Origin: Polyangium sp. y55x31
GTDB taxonomy: Bacteria; Myxococcota_A; Polyangia; Polyangiales; Polyangiaceae
Direction of reading: 5' to 3'
NCBI RefSeq assembly: GCF_029946505.1
Contig: NZ_JARZHG010000009.1
Location: forward strand, 170,927-234,926
DNA length: 64,000 nt
This document shows, one piece after another, positions 43,464-54,010 of the stretch. Position 1 is the first letter of the stretch. The number at the start of each line of letters is the position of its first letter. The position numbers and the translations under genes are program-made. The notes beneath the pieces are model-generated. The model saw only the letters and a program-made list of their open reading frames with translations. It was not told the DNA's origin and did no database searches.

Positions 43464-44191
43464 GACGCTTCTCCCGCGCCGAGGCGGCGCTCGACGTATC
43501 GCACGTAGGCGACCGGCGGAAAAAAGCTCAATCCGATCGCCAGCATGGCCGGCACCCCGAATGCCGCGCCGCCGACCAGGAACACGTCGGCGAAGCGTGA
43601 TTGCTGCACGTGGAGCGCGCCGCCCGCGGTGAGGCCGTCGAGCATGAGCGTGGCGCAAAGATGCCCGACGCCCCAGAGGACGAACCGATCGGCGACGATC
43701 GGCTCGGCGAGCCCGAACCGCACGCGTTTTCGCATGAGCGCCGCATACCGGAGCGCCTCCACCGCGGCCCAGCCATAACAAATCGTCCGCAAGACCGCGC
43801 GTGGCCAGAGGGCCGAAGGCAATCCATTGGACCAGGGCACGACGTGGTTCACGACGGGCATCGCGAGGCCGACGATCACGAGTAGAAACGAAAGCACCTG
43901 GGCCCAGATCTCTTCCCGGCGGAAGACGAGCCAGACGAAGACCGCGACGGTCAGAAATCCCGTATCGACGACGAGCCCGCCGATCTCCACGGCGAGGGGC
44001 GCGGGCGTGCCGCCTCGCGTCACGGCGCTCGAGACCTGGATCGAATACCCCACGAGTGGAAGCAACATCGACAGACCGAGCAAGAGCTCCGGTGCTTTGC
44101 GCGTGCGCGCCGCAAGCCCGAGCAACCGTACGGCGACCGCCGCCGTGACGAGCCCGAACACCACCAGGACAATGAGGGTGAACGGTTTCAA
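43460..44191 (-). CDS. integral membrane protein (about 7 TM helices), hypothetical; first gene of the operon
   Basis: 243 aa, highly hydrophobic, with no recognisable motifs. Confidence 0.6.
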   Translation of the reverse strand: MKPFTLIVLVVFGLVTAAVAVRLLGLAARTRKAPELLLGLSMLLPLVGYSIQVSSAVTRGGTPAPLAVEIGGLVVDTGFLTVAVFVWLVFRREEIWAQVLSFLLVIVGLAMPVVNHVVPWSNGLPSALWPRAVLRTICYGWAAVEALRYAALMRKRVRFGLAEPIVADRFVLWGVGHLCATLMLDGLTAGGALHVQQSRFADVFLVGGAAFGVPAMLAIGLSFFPPVAYVRYVERRLGAGEAS

Positions 44192-44324
44192 ACCTGCCAG
44201 GAGACGCTACCACGACGGCCGGCTCGACGTCGAGCCCCGCGCGGCCGAGCAGGAAACGGGCATGGGCCGCGCCTGACGAAACGAAACGAAAGGCGCGGCC
44301 CATGTTTTTCCTATCGGTACATTT

Positions 44325-46880
44325 TTAGTTGTTCTGCACGATGATGGCCCCGTACGCGGGCAGCTCGAACGACGTGCCCGTCGCGCCCGAGACGAGCTCC
44401 GTCGCGGCGGCGCCCCACGTGATCGTCTGCGGCGTCGACTTGCGGCTGAGGACGACCGAGAGCGTCTCCGTGGCGTTCTGGAGCTTGTATTCGTAGACGT
44501 CGGCCGTGTTCTTCACGAGCGAGATCGTCGCGGCGAGGTCCGTGAAGACCGCGTGCGCCTTCCGGATCGCGACGAGATTCCGGTAGTGGTGCAAGAGGCT
44601 CGACGTGTTGGCTTCCTGCGCGGCCCACGAAGCCGGCTCCTCTTCCGCCATGAACTTCACGAACGGATAGTCCGGGTTCGGCGCGACCGTGACGCCCACG
44701 CCCGCGAACGGCAGCACGTCCTTGTTCGCCAGGTTCGTGGCCGCCGGGTCGATGTTCCAGCCCGTCGTCTTGTCACCGACGAACACGTTCTTCTCGAACC
44801 AGCTCATCGGCTCGCGGATGAACTCGTCGCGGTCCCAGGACTCGTTGCCGACGTACTTGTCGCGCTTGCCCTTCTTGCCGAACTCCTCGCCGTAATAGAT
44901 GACCGGCATGCCCGGCACCGTGAGCACGATCGTCGCGGCCTGCTTCAGCTTGGCTTCGAGCGCCGCGCCCGCGCCCTCGAACTGCGTCGCCGGCCGTTCG
45001 AGGTCGTGGTTCGACAGGAACCGCTCGAGGTAATGGTGGGGGCTGCCGCCATTGCCGCCCGCGGCGAGGTCCGCCTGCACCTTGTTCACGTACCCCACGA
45101 AATCGACCGCGTCGCCCGTCTGCCCGTTCACGAAATTGCCGACGATGCTGCGGAACGGGAAGTCGAACTGCGAATCCATGTCGCTCCCGTACGGCATCAT
45201 CTTGTCGTATTGCGCCGGATCGTCCCAGCGATTCTCGCCCGTCAGGAGCACGGCGGCCGAGCCCGCGGGCCGCACGACGTCCTTCTTGACGAAATAGTTG
45301 AACTCCTTCCACCACACGTGCGTGCCGTGCTTGTCGAGCGGGATGCCGGCGTTGTCGTCGAACTGATCGATGTGCTTCGACGCGTCGAGGCGATACCCGT
45401 CCGCCCCGAGATCGATCCAGTGCTCCGCGATCTTCTTCATCTCGGCGCGCACCGCGGGGTTTCTGTAATTGAGCTCCGGCATCGGCCCGCCGAAGATCTG
45501 GTGGTAGCACTGGTAATTCTTGCAAGCCCACATCACGGCCGAGCCGTCCCACGGGTGCCCGTCCGCCAGCATGTTCGAATACTGGTCGGACCAGACGAAC
45601 CAGTCGTGGTACTTGTCGTAATCGGGGTGCTTCGGATCCGCGCCCGCGATGAACCAGGGGTTCACGTCGGCCACGTGGTTCTGCACGAGATCGAGGATGA
45701 TCTTGATCCCCGCGGCGTGCGCCGCCTCCGTGAGATCGGTGAAATCCTTCATCGTGCCGACCGACGGATCGATGTCGTAGAAATCCGTCGTGTCGTAGCC
45801 GTGGTAGCTCTTCGCCTTGAACACCGGCGTCATCCAGATGGCGTCGGCGCCGAGGTCCTTCAGGTACGGCAAGGCTTTCCGTAGACCGACGAGATCCCCG
45901 ATGCCGTCCGTCTTCGTCTCGTCGATGCCGCTCTCCGTCTTCGAATCACCGACCGCCTTCGTCGCGCCGCCGTCCGCGAACGTGCGCACGATGAGCTGGT
46001 ACATGATCCCCTGGCTGCCCCACGACGCCCAGTCGGCCGCGTCCGTGATCGTCGAATACGAGATCGGCGTCAGGTCGAGCACGTCCGACGTGTCCTCGAG
46101 CGTCTGCCCATCCACATCGAGCTTCGTCGAGATCTTGTAATGGACGGCCTGGCCCGGGGTCAGGCCCGTGATCACGAGGCCATTCTTGTTGATGTCGTCC
46201 GCGGCCGCCCACGTCACCTTCTTGTCGAGCGCATCCGCGGCCGCGCCGTACTCGACCGTCCCCGTCGAGCCCTTCGCCACCCGGAACATCATGCGCACGC
46301 TGCCATTGCCGAGGTCGATGAAATCCTTCGGCCGGGAGATCTCGTACGCCGGCCCCGCCGCCGTCGGCGGCGTCTTGGAGATGGCCTGGCCCTGCGTGAT
46401 CCAGCATTCAGCGATGTTCGGATCCTGCGCATTCTTCGTGAGGTCGACGAAACGAACCCCCGTCTCGACGTCCTTCTTGCAGTCGCCGTTCGTGCATTGC
46501 ACCGGGATGAGCCCGAGCCACGCGTCGTCCGCCTCGCCCGTCACCGTCACGCGCACGTCGGTGTACACGCCGAACTCGTCGGTCCCATCGAACATCTGCG
46601 GCGTTCCCCACGTCGGCGACGTCGAGCCCGCGCCCCAGAAATGCACGCCCCACGCCTTCGGGTCGCCGCCGTCCTGCAGCCGATAATGGATCCTGACGAA
46701 GCTCTCTTGCGCGATCCCGCCCGCGCCGCCCGTGCCGCCGCCCGCGCCGCCCGTGCCCGTATTCGTGGTGAGCCCGGATCCGCCCGTGCCGTTGTTGAGA
46801 TCCTCGCCTTCGCACCCCGCAGCCAGCGCAAGGACGCAAGCGAGCGAACCGAGGACCGAATAACCAAGATATCGTCTCAT
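44325..46880 (-). CDS. secreted GH13 alpha-amylase-family glycoside hydrolase lipoprotein with N-terminal accessory beta domains
   Basis: Lipobox LAAGC. GH13 conserved regions DLVQNHV, GYRLDASKH, and EFGK-type, with a catalytic triad context. 851 aa. Confidence 0.85.
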   Translation of the reverse strand: MRRYLGYSVLGSLACVLALAAGCEGEDLNNGTGGSGLTTNTGTGGAGGGTGGAGGIAQESFVRIHYRLQDGGDPKAWGVHFWGAGSTSPTWGTPQMFDGTDEFGVYTDVRVTVTGEADDAWLGLIPVQCTNGDCKKDVETGVRFVDLTKNAQDPNIAECWITQGQAISKTPPTAAGPAYEISRPKDFIDLGNGSVRMMFRVAKGSTGTVEYGAAADALDKKVTWAAADDINKNGLVITGLTPGQAVHYKISTKLDVDGQTLEDTSDVLDLTPISYSTITDAADWASWGSQGIMYQLIVRTFADGGATKAVGDSKTESGIDETKTDGIGDLVGLRKALPYLKDLGADAIWMTPVFKAKSYHGYDTTDFYDIDPSVGTMKDFTDLTEAAHAAGIKIILDLVQNHVADVNPWFIAGADPKHPDYDKYHDWFVWSDQYSNMLADGHPWDGSAVMWACKNYQCYHQIFGGPMPELNYRNPAVRAEMKKIAEHWIDLGADGYRLDASKHIDQFDDNAGIPLDKHGTHVWWKEFNYFVKKDVVRPAGSAAVLLTGENRWDDPAQYDKMMPYGSDMDSQFDFPFRSIVGNFVNGQTGDAVDFVGYVNKVQADLAAGGNGGSPHHYLERFLSNHDLERPATQFEGAGAALEAKLKQAATIVLTVPGMPVIYYGEEFGKKGKRDKYVGNESWDRDEFIREPMSWFEKNVFVGDKTTGWNIDPAATNLANKDVLPFAGVGVTVAPNPDYPFVKFMAEEEPASWAAQEANTSSLLHHYRNLVAIRKAHAVFTDLAATISLVKNTADVYEYKLQNATETLSVVLSRKSTPQTITWGAAATELVSGATGTSFELPAYGAIIVQNN

Positions 46881-47004
46881 CGTGATCTCCCGTTTCTGTC
46901 GAACCCGTCACGGACCCGCGAATACATCTTCGCGCCGCATTCACGGGCGATCGCTCATGATGCGACCCACGAACGGGATGTCAAGCGAGGAATCGGCGCG
47001 CGTG

Positions 47005-48495
47005 TTATGGCGAATTCTTGCGCGAACCACGCCGACTTCTGGTCGCCGCCAATACCACGCCGATCGTACCGAAGAGACCCGCGCCCGCGCCGAGCCCGAA
47101 GCCGAGCAAGAATCGCTTTCCCCCGCCGGCCCCGTCCGGGCGCGGCTTCGCGACGATCCCGGCAGCAGGCACGGAATCGCGCAACATCTCTGAAAGATGG
47201 ACCTTGCCCCGCGCCACCTCGGACGACGGCGCGGCCGGCCGTACGCTCACGAGGTCCGCGCTCGGCGGCCCGCCCCAGATGTCGAAATCGGGATTCGGGC
47301 ACGTCACCGGGCCCTGCCAGCGATGGCGAAGAAGATAGCGCCCCTGAAATGTGCTCACCTCCGCGGGCACCGCCGCCTGCCCCTCGCCGCCGCGCCCGCC
47401 CTGGATCGGCGGCGCGTCCCGCAAAACGAGGTCCTCCCGGAGCGCCTCCTTGCGATAACGCGCATGAAGACGTGTGTGCACGGCCATCCCCGACGGCGCG
47501 CCCAGCAATCGCAACTCCTCGGGTGAAAGCATGGGCCCCGGGCACGGATCACACGACCCCGCGTCCCACGCGTATTCGGTCACGAACGCACCGGGATTCT
47601 CGTCGAGCGTCGCGTCGAAGAGCGACGCGTAGAGCTCGCCGAAGCGCGCGCGGGCCGACCCGTCGACCTCCACGTTCGTCGGAATCGTGAGGTTCGGAAA
47701 ATTCGCGGCCTCGTACCTCTTGTCCGCGAGCACGTGCACGACGAGGTCGTGCATGCCCGTCGCGTTGAGGGTCCCGAGGCGCAGCGGCAGCCCGACCGAC
47801 TCCGCGTCGAATTCGAATCGAATCGGCGAGAGCAGGGCGCGGCCGTCGCTCGCCTTTGGCTTCGGGACGTCGATGAGCACCACGAGGAGCTTCCACCCCG
47901 CTTCCGCGTACGAGCGCAAGACGGGCTCGGCGCCCTCCGGGAGGCTGTGACCCCCATCGGTGAGCCAACCGGTGAGATGCCCCAGATGGTCGGTGTCGAG
48001 GCGCAAGACGTTGAAATCACCGACCGTGTATGCTGCGTCGATCTTGACGGTGTGCGCGCCCTGGGGGCGGCGGCGCGTCGCGCCCTCATCCGGCCGCCCA
48101 CCGGCGAAGGCGTGCTCGTCCCGCGCCGCGATCGAGGTGATGTCCGCGTAGGAGCAGGGATCCTGCTGCCAGGATTCGACGAGCCGCGGCGCGCTGATCG
48201 CGTCGAGCCGCTCGAAGAGGTCGTTCGGGAGCAGTCTCACCCCGCTCGGGGAGACCGTGCCCCGCACGGGCAGGACCAGCATGGGCATGGTCAGCGTGTG
48301 GTCGTCCCCGACAGGACCGAAGTAGTCGGGTTGCATCGAGACCACGGTGCGTGTCCCGCTGCGCCCGATCACCACGGTCGTCGCGCGGCTCTCGGCCTTC
48401 ACGGTCGCGTTGCCCGCGTAGACCCCGCAAAACGCGTCGGCCGACGACGCCGCTGCCGTCACGAAGGCCCACGCCAAGACGCCCGCGGCGCGCAT
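47005..48495 (-). CDS. secreted DUF2330-like protein with a C-terminal membrane anchor, hypothetical
   Basis: Signal peptide, a large beta-rich ectodomain, and a C-terminal GFGLGAGAGLFGTIGVVLAA TM segment followed by a basic tail. Confidence 0.55.
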   Translation of the reverse strand: MRAAGVLAWAFVTAAASSADAFCGVYAGNATVKAESRATTVVIGRSGTRTVVSMQPDYFGPVGDDHTLTMPMLVLPVRGTVSPSGVRLLPNDLFERLDAISAPRLVESWQQDPCSYADITSIAARDEHAFAGGRPDEGATRRRPQGAHTVKIDAAYTVGDFNVLRLDTDHLGHLTGWLTDGGHSLPEGAEPVLRSYAEAGWKLLVVLIDVPKPKASDGRALLSPIRFEFDAESVGLPLRLGTLNATGMHDLVVHVLADKRYEAANFPNLTIPTNVEVDGSARARFGELYASLFDATLDENPGAFVTEYAWDAGSCDPCPGPMLSPEELRLLGAPSGMAVHTRLHARYRKEALREDLVLRDAPPIQGGRGGEGQAAVPAEVSTFQGRYLLRHRWQGPVTCPNPDFDIWGGPPSADLVSVRPAAPSSEVARGKVHLSEMLRDSVPAAGIVAKPRPDGAGGGKRFLLGFGLGAGAGLFGTIGVVLAATRSRRGSRKNSP

Positions 48496-48627
48496 GCCGT
48501 GCAGGGTATCGATGGCCGCGGCGCGTTGTCACGGTTTTTCCCTCGCGGCGCGGGGCCCGCTCCGGATACCCTGCGCGGCGTGGCTGACAAGGACGCCTCG
48601 GGCAGCCCCGAAGAGCGAGCCCGCCGC

Positions 48628-50838
48628 GTGTCCCGACGCTCGCGGCAAAACCTCGCCGTCGCGACGATCACGCTCGTCGTGCCGATCGCCGTCGCGCTCG
48701 TCCTGCTCGCCGAATCCGAGGCGGGGCTCGTGCGGGTCGCCTTCTTCAACCTGCACCTCGCCGAGCCCCACGCCGCGCTCGCCGTGGGCTTCGGCCTCGG
48801 ATGCGCGCTCGCCGCGACCGTCGCCCTCACCCGCTTCGTCTCGCAACGGCGCGCCTCCGCGTCCCTCCTCTGCCTCCCGCCCGCCTTCCTCGCGGCCACG
48901 ACCTTCGCCGCCTCGATCGCGTGGGTGCCGGATCCGCTCGCCAAGATGCCCGATCTCGCGTTCGGCGACCGCGCGCGGGCCGCGGCCTTCGCGCTGACCC
49001 TCCGCGCGTCCCTCGAAGGCGCGGGCCTCCTCGTCGCTTCGATCTCGCTCGGCATCGCCGCGCTCGCGCTCCGGCCGGCGCGCGCGACGGCGTCGATCAA
49101 CAAGGACAAACGTCCCCTCGCCGCCCTCGTCGTCGCGGCGCTCTCGCTCCCGGCGGCGGCGCTCCTCGCGCGCCTCCTCGGCAAGGGCGACCTCGGCCGC
49201 GACGCGGTCGGGAGCTGGGTCGCGGCGCTGCCCGCGGGCATGGGCCTCGTCGCCGTGGTGCTCGGCGCCTCGCGGACGAACCGCGGCGACGGGTATGCCG
49301 CCACGCGCCTGCTCGCTTCGGCGTGCGCCGGCATCGGCGGCGTCCTCCTCGCGGCGCTCGCGCCTGCGATGGGCGAGGTCATCACCATTTCGACACCCGG
49401 CACCACCCTTTCCCAGCTCGGCCGCGCCGCGATCGGCCTCCGCCGCACGACCGTCGAGCTCGCGGCCGCGGGCGCGCTCTTCGCCGTTCCGATCGTCCTC
49501 ACGACGCTCGTCGCGATGCCGCCGCGTGGCCTCTCGGGCGCCCTCGCCCGCGTGCGACCCGCTTTGCTCGTCACGTTCCTCCTCGCGCTCGCGCCGGCCC
49601 TCTTCGTCCTCCCCACGAACGCCGCGCTCCGCCACATCGAGTCGCTCGTCGCCGACCAGAGCCGCCTCGCCGCGAACCCCGGCGTCACCCTCGCGGACCC
49701 GTCCTTGCCTGCGGGCGCGCTCGTCGTGGACCTCGTGAGCCCCTTCCCGACCGAGCTCCCGCCCACGACGCCCACGCGGATCGTGCTCGGCTCTTCGTTT
49801 GCCCCCGCGCGCTGGGAGGACGGCGTGCCCGTCCGCTTCGACGGCCTCGACGCGAGCACGTACGACCTTCTCCTCGACGGCCCCTACCTCGGCGCGCCCC
49901 TGCGCGTCTCGCTGCCCGACCCGCGTATCGGCGCCCGCATCCTCGTGCCTGCGATTCCGCTCGCGCCGCCGCTGCTCGGGCCTACCGAGCCCATCCACAC
50001 CGATCCCGAGACGCCCCCCCATCCATCGCCCGACCACCTCGACGTCGACGCGACGTCGCCCGACACGTTCGTCCTCCACTGGCGCATCGCCGACATCGTC
50101 AAGGCGTTACGCCGCGTGCCCCGCGAGGACGCGACCGCGGACGGCCTCGGGTATCCGGCGCTCAGCGTGGCGATGCTGGAGATGTGGAAGGCGCACGGCA
50201 TACACAAGGACCCGCAGGATCGGAAGCGTGACCGCGTGATGATCCGTTTGTCGCCGGGCACGTCGCTCGAAAAGGCGCGCGCCGTCGTCGCCGCGGCTCT
50301 CTCGCTCGAACGCACGATGAAGACGCCCCACGGCGAGGAGCGCTCGATCCCGGTGTTCGAAGTGACGGTCGCTGAGCCGCTCGCGCCGCGCCCGCAGATG
50401 AAGCTCCCGACCCCTGCCGCCCCCGAGAATCCGGCGTCGGAGGCGGAGGCGGAGGCGCCGGTGGAGCCCGAGATCCTCTCGCTCTTCGGCAAACTCGCGC
50501 GCGAGGACGTCGACGCGCGGCTCGCCGTCCTCCGCGCCTCGGTCGACGCCTGCTACCAGGACCATGTCGAGGCGCACGGCCCCGAGAGGCTCGAACCGGT
50601 GATCCGGTTCGTCGTGGGCGCGGACGGGTTCGTCGGCCAGGTGAGCGTCCAGGAGCCTCGCCATGGGATCACCGTGGACGACGAAGAACGCGTCGCGCGC
50701 TTCAGCGGATGCCTGTATCGCGCCGCGCACCGGCTCACCTTCCCCGAACCGGAAGACGGCTCTTACGCAGGAATCCTCGTGAAGTTCACTCTGGGTCCTC
50801 TGCCGCAAAGCTCGGGCTGGCCGGCGGGGCCGCCCTGA
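48628..50838 (+). CDS. polytopic membrane protein with a C-terminal soluble domain, hypothetical
   Basis: More than 8 predicted TM helices, then a roughly 300-aa Pro-rich and globular C-terminal region. The start is uncertain (GTG 48628 or GTG 48580). The track ORF from 47734 overlaps the divergent gene and is rejected. Confidence 0.5.
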   Translation: MSRRSRQNLAVATITLVVPIAVALVLLAESEAGLVRVAFFNLHLAEPHAALAVGFGLGCALAATVALTRFVSQRRASASLLCLPPAFLAATTFAASIAWVPDPLAKMPDLAFGDRARAAAFALTLRASLEGAGLLVASISLGIAALALRPARATASINKDKRPLAALVVAALSLPAAALLARLLGKGDLGRDAVGSWVAALPAGMGLVAVVLGASRTNRGDGYAATRLLASACAGIGGVLLAALAPAMGEVITISTPGTTLSQLGRAAIGLRRTTVELAAAGALFAVPIVLTTLVAMPPRGLSGALARVRPALLVTFLLALAPALFVLPTNAALRHIESLVADQSRLAANPGVTLADPSLPAGALVVDLVSPFPTELPPTTPTRIVLGSSFAPARWEDGVPVRFDGLDASTYDLLLDGPYLGAPLRVSLPDPRIGARILVPAIPLAPPLLGPTEPIHTDPETPPHPSPDHLDVDATSPDTFVLHWRIADIVKALRRVPREDATADGLGYPALSVAMLEMWKAHGIHKDPQDRKRDRVMIRLSPGTSLEKARAVVAAALSLERTMKTPHGEERSIPVFEVTVAEPLAPRPQMKLPTPAAPENPASEAEAEAPVEPEILSLFGKLAREDVDARLAVLRASVDACYQDHVEAHGPERLEPVIRFVVGADGFVGQVSVQEPRHGITVDDEERVARFSGCLYRAAHRLTFPEPEDGSYAGILVKFTLGPLPQSSGWPAGPP

Positions 50839-50853
50839 TTTCCTTGGGAAAAC

Positions 50854-52143
50854 CTATCCCCCCGCCCCCTGATCCTCCACGTACGGCGGCAGCGCGAATC
50901 GTTTCTCCTCGCAACCGTACGCCGTCGGCGTCAACTGAATCACCGTGTGGAGCGGCACGCTGATCGACGGACACTCGCCCGGCGGCCGGTCCATCAGGTA
51001 CGCGTAAATCGCCCGCAGCACCGCCTGGTGCGCGATCACGAGCGTCGGCGACCGCTGGCGTTCGAGCTGGATGATCACCGGATCGAGCCTCTGGATCACG
51101 TCCTCGTACGACTCGCCGCGCGGATATCGATAGCGGAATTTGTCGGCGCTCCGCGCGGCCCACACGTCCGGCATCTCGATCCGCACCTGGTCGTACGTCA
51201 TCCCGTCGCACACGCCCGCGTCGATCTCGTCGAGCGCGCGCCAGGTCCGCGGCGACCGCGTGATCTTCGTCGCCGTATGGATCGTCCGCCGCAGCGTGCT
51301 CGTCCACACGGCGACCTCTTGATCCCGCGGCGCGTTTTTCCGAACGAACTCCGCCAGGTGCTTCGCGTATTCCTCGCCCGCGGGGGACAGCTCGGGGTCG
51401 CCGCCGATGCGGCCGTGCCGGTTGTAGTCGCTCTGCCCGTGCCTCGTCAGCCAGATCGGGCGCGGCGAGACGTGCAGGTCGATGAGCAGCGGCGCGAGGC
51501 GCGCGGGCAGGTAGCCGTGGATCCGGTTCAGGATCACCTGGCGGCCGACGTCGATGATCTTGATGTAGCTCTGGTTCGGATCATCGAGCGTCTCGTACAT
51601 GCTCTCGTAGTGGGCGATGCGCCGCAGGAAATCCTGCGCCGCCGCGTCCGGATCCATGTCGACGTAGTCCGGCGACTTGAGCTTCGTGTCGCGGACGTTC
51701 GCCTCGATCACACCCGGGTCGTTGCAGAACGACTCGATGAAGACGACGGGCAGCCCCTCCTTGCGGCACCGCTCCTCGACGAGGCGCCTGCGCTCCTTCG
51801 TGCTGTTCGTCGCGTCGAAGATGCCGACCTCGCCGCCCTCGCGCAGCCACGCGAGCATGTCGTCGAGCGCCGTCATGGCGAGGTCGTGCAGCACCTGCCG
51901 GCCTTCCTTGTTCGTCGGCGCGAAGAAGTCCGCTGGCTGGCTCGCGCCGATCTGCCGGCGACGGTAGCTGCCCACGTTGAACACGCGGGTCGGATGACCA
52001 AGCCAGCTCAGGTAACGCGCCACGCGGCGCCCGATGTACGTCTTTCCCCGCGCGGGGAGGCCGACCATCGACAGAACGGTCGTCGCCTTGTCTCGCTCGC
52101 CCGGCACCCTTTTGCTCCGTACCCCCGACACGGCACGCTCCAT
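50854..52143 (-). CDS. bifunctional 6-phosphofructo-2-kinase / fructose-2,6-bisphosphatase-like protein (eukaryote-type PFKFB)
   Basis: The kinase P-loop MVGLPARGKTYIGRRVARYL is nearly identical to animal PFKFB (VMVGLPARGKTYIS). The C-terminal histidine-phosphatase carries RHGQSDYN (RHG motif) and a second catalytic His region. Confidence 0.8.
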   Translation of the reverse strand: MERAVSGVRSKRVPGERDKATTVLSMVGLPARGKTYIGRRVARYLSWLGHPTRVFNVGSYRRRQIGASQPADFFAPTNKEGRQVLHDLAMTALDDMLAWLREGGEVGIFDATNSTKERRRLVEERCRKEGLPVVFIESFCNDPGVIEANVRDTKLKSPDYVDMDPDAAAQDFLRRIAHYESMYETLDDPNQSYIKIIDVGRQVILNRIHGYLPARLAPLLIDLHVSPRPIWLTRHGQSDYNRHGRIGGDPELSPAGEEYAKHLAEFVRKNAPRDQEVAVWTSTLRRTIHTATKITRSPRTWRALDEIDAGVCDGMTYDQVRIEMPDVWAARSADKFRYRYPRGESYEDVIQRLDPVIIQLERQRSPTLVIAHQAVLRAIYAYLMDRPPGECPSISVPLHTVIQLTPTAYGCEEKRFALPPYVEDQGAGG

Positions 52144-52198
52144 ACCGCCCTACGAGCATGAGGGGAAGCATGAACCGCGGACGCGCGGATCGTGACGA

Positions 52199-54010
52199 TC
52201 ACGCCTCCCGCAACACCGGCCGCGCCTCGCTGGTCCCATGAAGCTCGGCGTAGCTGCGCCTGAGGCCGAAGCAGCGCGCCGAGAGCTCACACCGTCCGCA
52301 CGCTTCCGCCCGGACGAACTCGCCGCCGTCGTGGTTGCTCGGGATCTCCGCGAGGTCGAAGAACACGCGTGGATCGACGGGCGCGAGGCAGAGCGGGATC
52401 CCGCACATCGACTCGAAGCCGAGCACCGGGATCCCGGCCTCGCGCGCGATCGCGAGGCCCTCTCGCATCGCGGGCAAGAGATCCGTGTACCGCGGGATCA
52501 AGCTCTCCGTGCGAGGCACGAGATCGGTGAATGCAGAGGCGACCGAGACGTTGATCTCCGCGGCCGGCCAGCGCGCCGCGACGAGGCGCACGAAGTCCGG
52601 GAAATCAGCCTGATTCGGCGCGCAGAAGACGAAGTTCAGGCGAACGCGGATCTTCGTCTGCGCGAGCGCGTCGAGGCCCCGCGCCGTCTTCTCGAACGTG
52701 CCCGGCGCGCGTGTAATGGCGTCCGAGATTTCGGCGCGGGATCCGTGCAGCGACACGAACGCCACGTCGAGCCCGGCCTCTTCGAGCTCGCGCGCGCGGC
52801 CCGGATCCGCGAGCCGCACGGCGTTCGTCTGCAGCTCCACGGCGAGCGCGCCTTCACGCTTCGCGAGCGCGACGTACGCAGAGAGACGCCCGTTCAAGGT
52901 CGGCTCGCCGCCCGAGACCTGGAGGACGCCGCCGGCGTGCGCGATCTCGAGGATCGCGCGGCGCACGGCGTCGTCGTCGGGCGCCGGCAGGTGCGTCGAG
53001 ACGAAGCAAAAATCACAGGCCTGGTTGCACTGAAACTGGATGCGCACGATGTGCGAAGGCACGAGCCGGCCGTCGGGCGCGCGGTGGACGTCGCGGGTCA
53101 CGAGCTCGCGATCGATCTGCTCGCGCACCGAGGAGATCACCGTGAGCTTGCGGCGGATCCGGTCCTCCGTGAGAGGCCGGAACGAAGACGCGGACTCACG
53201 CGCGAGGAGCGCGCGCGGCACGCCGGGACAACGATCCGCGACGACACAAGCGCTGCATGCGGGCACGCGCTCGTGGCCGGGGCGGTTCGCGCCGCCGGGG
53301 TTCAGCGCGTAGAGGTGCGCGAGGCGCGCGGGACGCTCGAACGAGCACGGAGGGATGGACGCGCCGGGGTCGAGCGAGAGCTGGATCGCGGCCTCCCGCG
53401 CGGCTTGATCGAGCCGTTCGAGCGCGCGCGCGGCGCCTTCGAGGGGCGCGAGGGTCGTGGGATCGGGCGCGTCCACGGGGATCGACACGAGGATGCGCGA
53501 CGCCTGTAGCTCCTCCGCGCGCAAGCGACCCGGGATCGCCGCGACGACATCGAGGTTTTTCCGGACGATCGGCGTCGAGATCTCCAGCGGGATCCCCGCG
53601 GCGGCGAGGGCACGCGCGCCCGCGAGCGCGGCGGAAAAACCGCCCTCGTCACGCGTGATCCCGTCGGCCTCGGAGCCGAACGCCGGCATGTGCACGCGCG
53701 CGATCGAGAGGCCGGCTTCCACGAGCGCACGCGCGAGGCTCTCCGTGACGAGCGTCGCGTTCGTCTCCAGCACGACGCGCTCGGCGCCGCGCGCGCGGGC
53801 GTGACGGACGAGCACCACGAGATCCCGGCGCATCGTGGGCTCGCCGCCCGTCAGCACGACCTCGCGCGCGCCCTTGGCGAGCGCCTCGTCGATGCGGGCG
53901 AGCACGGCCGCGGGGCGGACGAAGTCCGGCCGCTCGACGGGCCTTCGCGCCGAGCAGAAGCCGCAACCCTGGTTGCAGGTCTCGTTGGTGAGCACCCGCG
54001 CGACGCGCAT
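52199..54010 (-). CDS. tandem radical-SAM protein: two consecutive rSAM modules, each followed by a SPASM/twitch-like Cys cluster
   Basis: Module 1 has CNQGCGFCS and GGEPT, then CSACVVADRCPG. Module 2 has CNQACDFCF and SGGEPT, then CGRCELSARCFG. The start is set at ATG 54010 (MRVARVLTNETCNQGC), because the track start at 54217 would overlap the divergent gene. Confidence 0.7.
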   Translation of the reverse strand: MRVARVLTNETCNQGCGFCSARRPVERPDFVRPAAVLARIDEALAKGAREVVLTGGEPTMRRDLVVLVRHARARGAERVVLETNATLVTESLARALVEAGLSIARVHMPAFGSEADGITRDEGGFSAALAGARALAAAGIPLEISTPIVRKNLDVVAAIPGRLRAEELQASRILVSIPVDAPDPTTLAPLEGAARALERLDQAAREAAIQLSLDPGASIPPCSFERPARLAHLYALNPGGANRPGHERVPACSACVVADRCPGVPRALLARESASSFRPLTEDRIRRKLTVISSVREQIDRELVTRDVHRAPDGRLVPSHIVRIQFQCNQACDFCFVSTHLPAPDDDAVRRAILEIAHAGGVLQVSGGEPTLNGRLSAYVALAKREGALAVELQTNAVRLADPGRARELEEAGLDVAFVSLHGSRAEISDAITRAPGTFEKTARGLDALAQTKIRVRLNFVFCAPNQADFPDFVRLVAARWPAAEINVSVASAFTDLVPRTESLIPRYTDLLPAMREGLAIAREAGIPVLGFESMCGIPLCLAPVDPRVFFDLAEIPSNHDGGEFVRAEACGRCELSARCFGLRRSYAELHGTSEARPVLREA

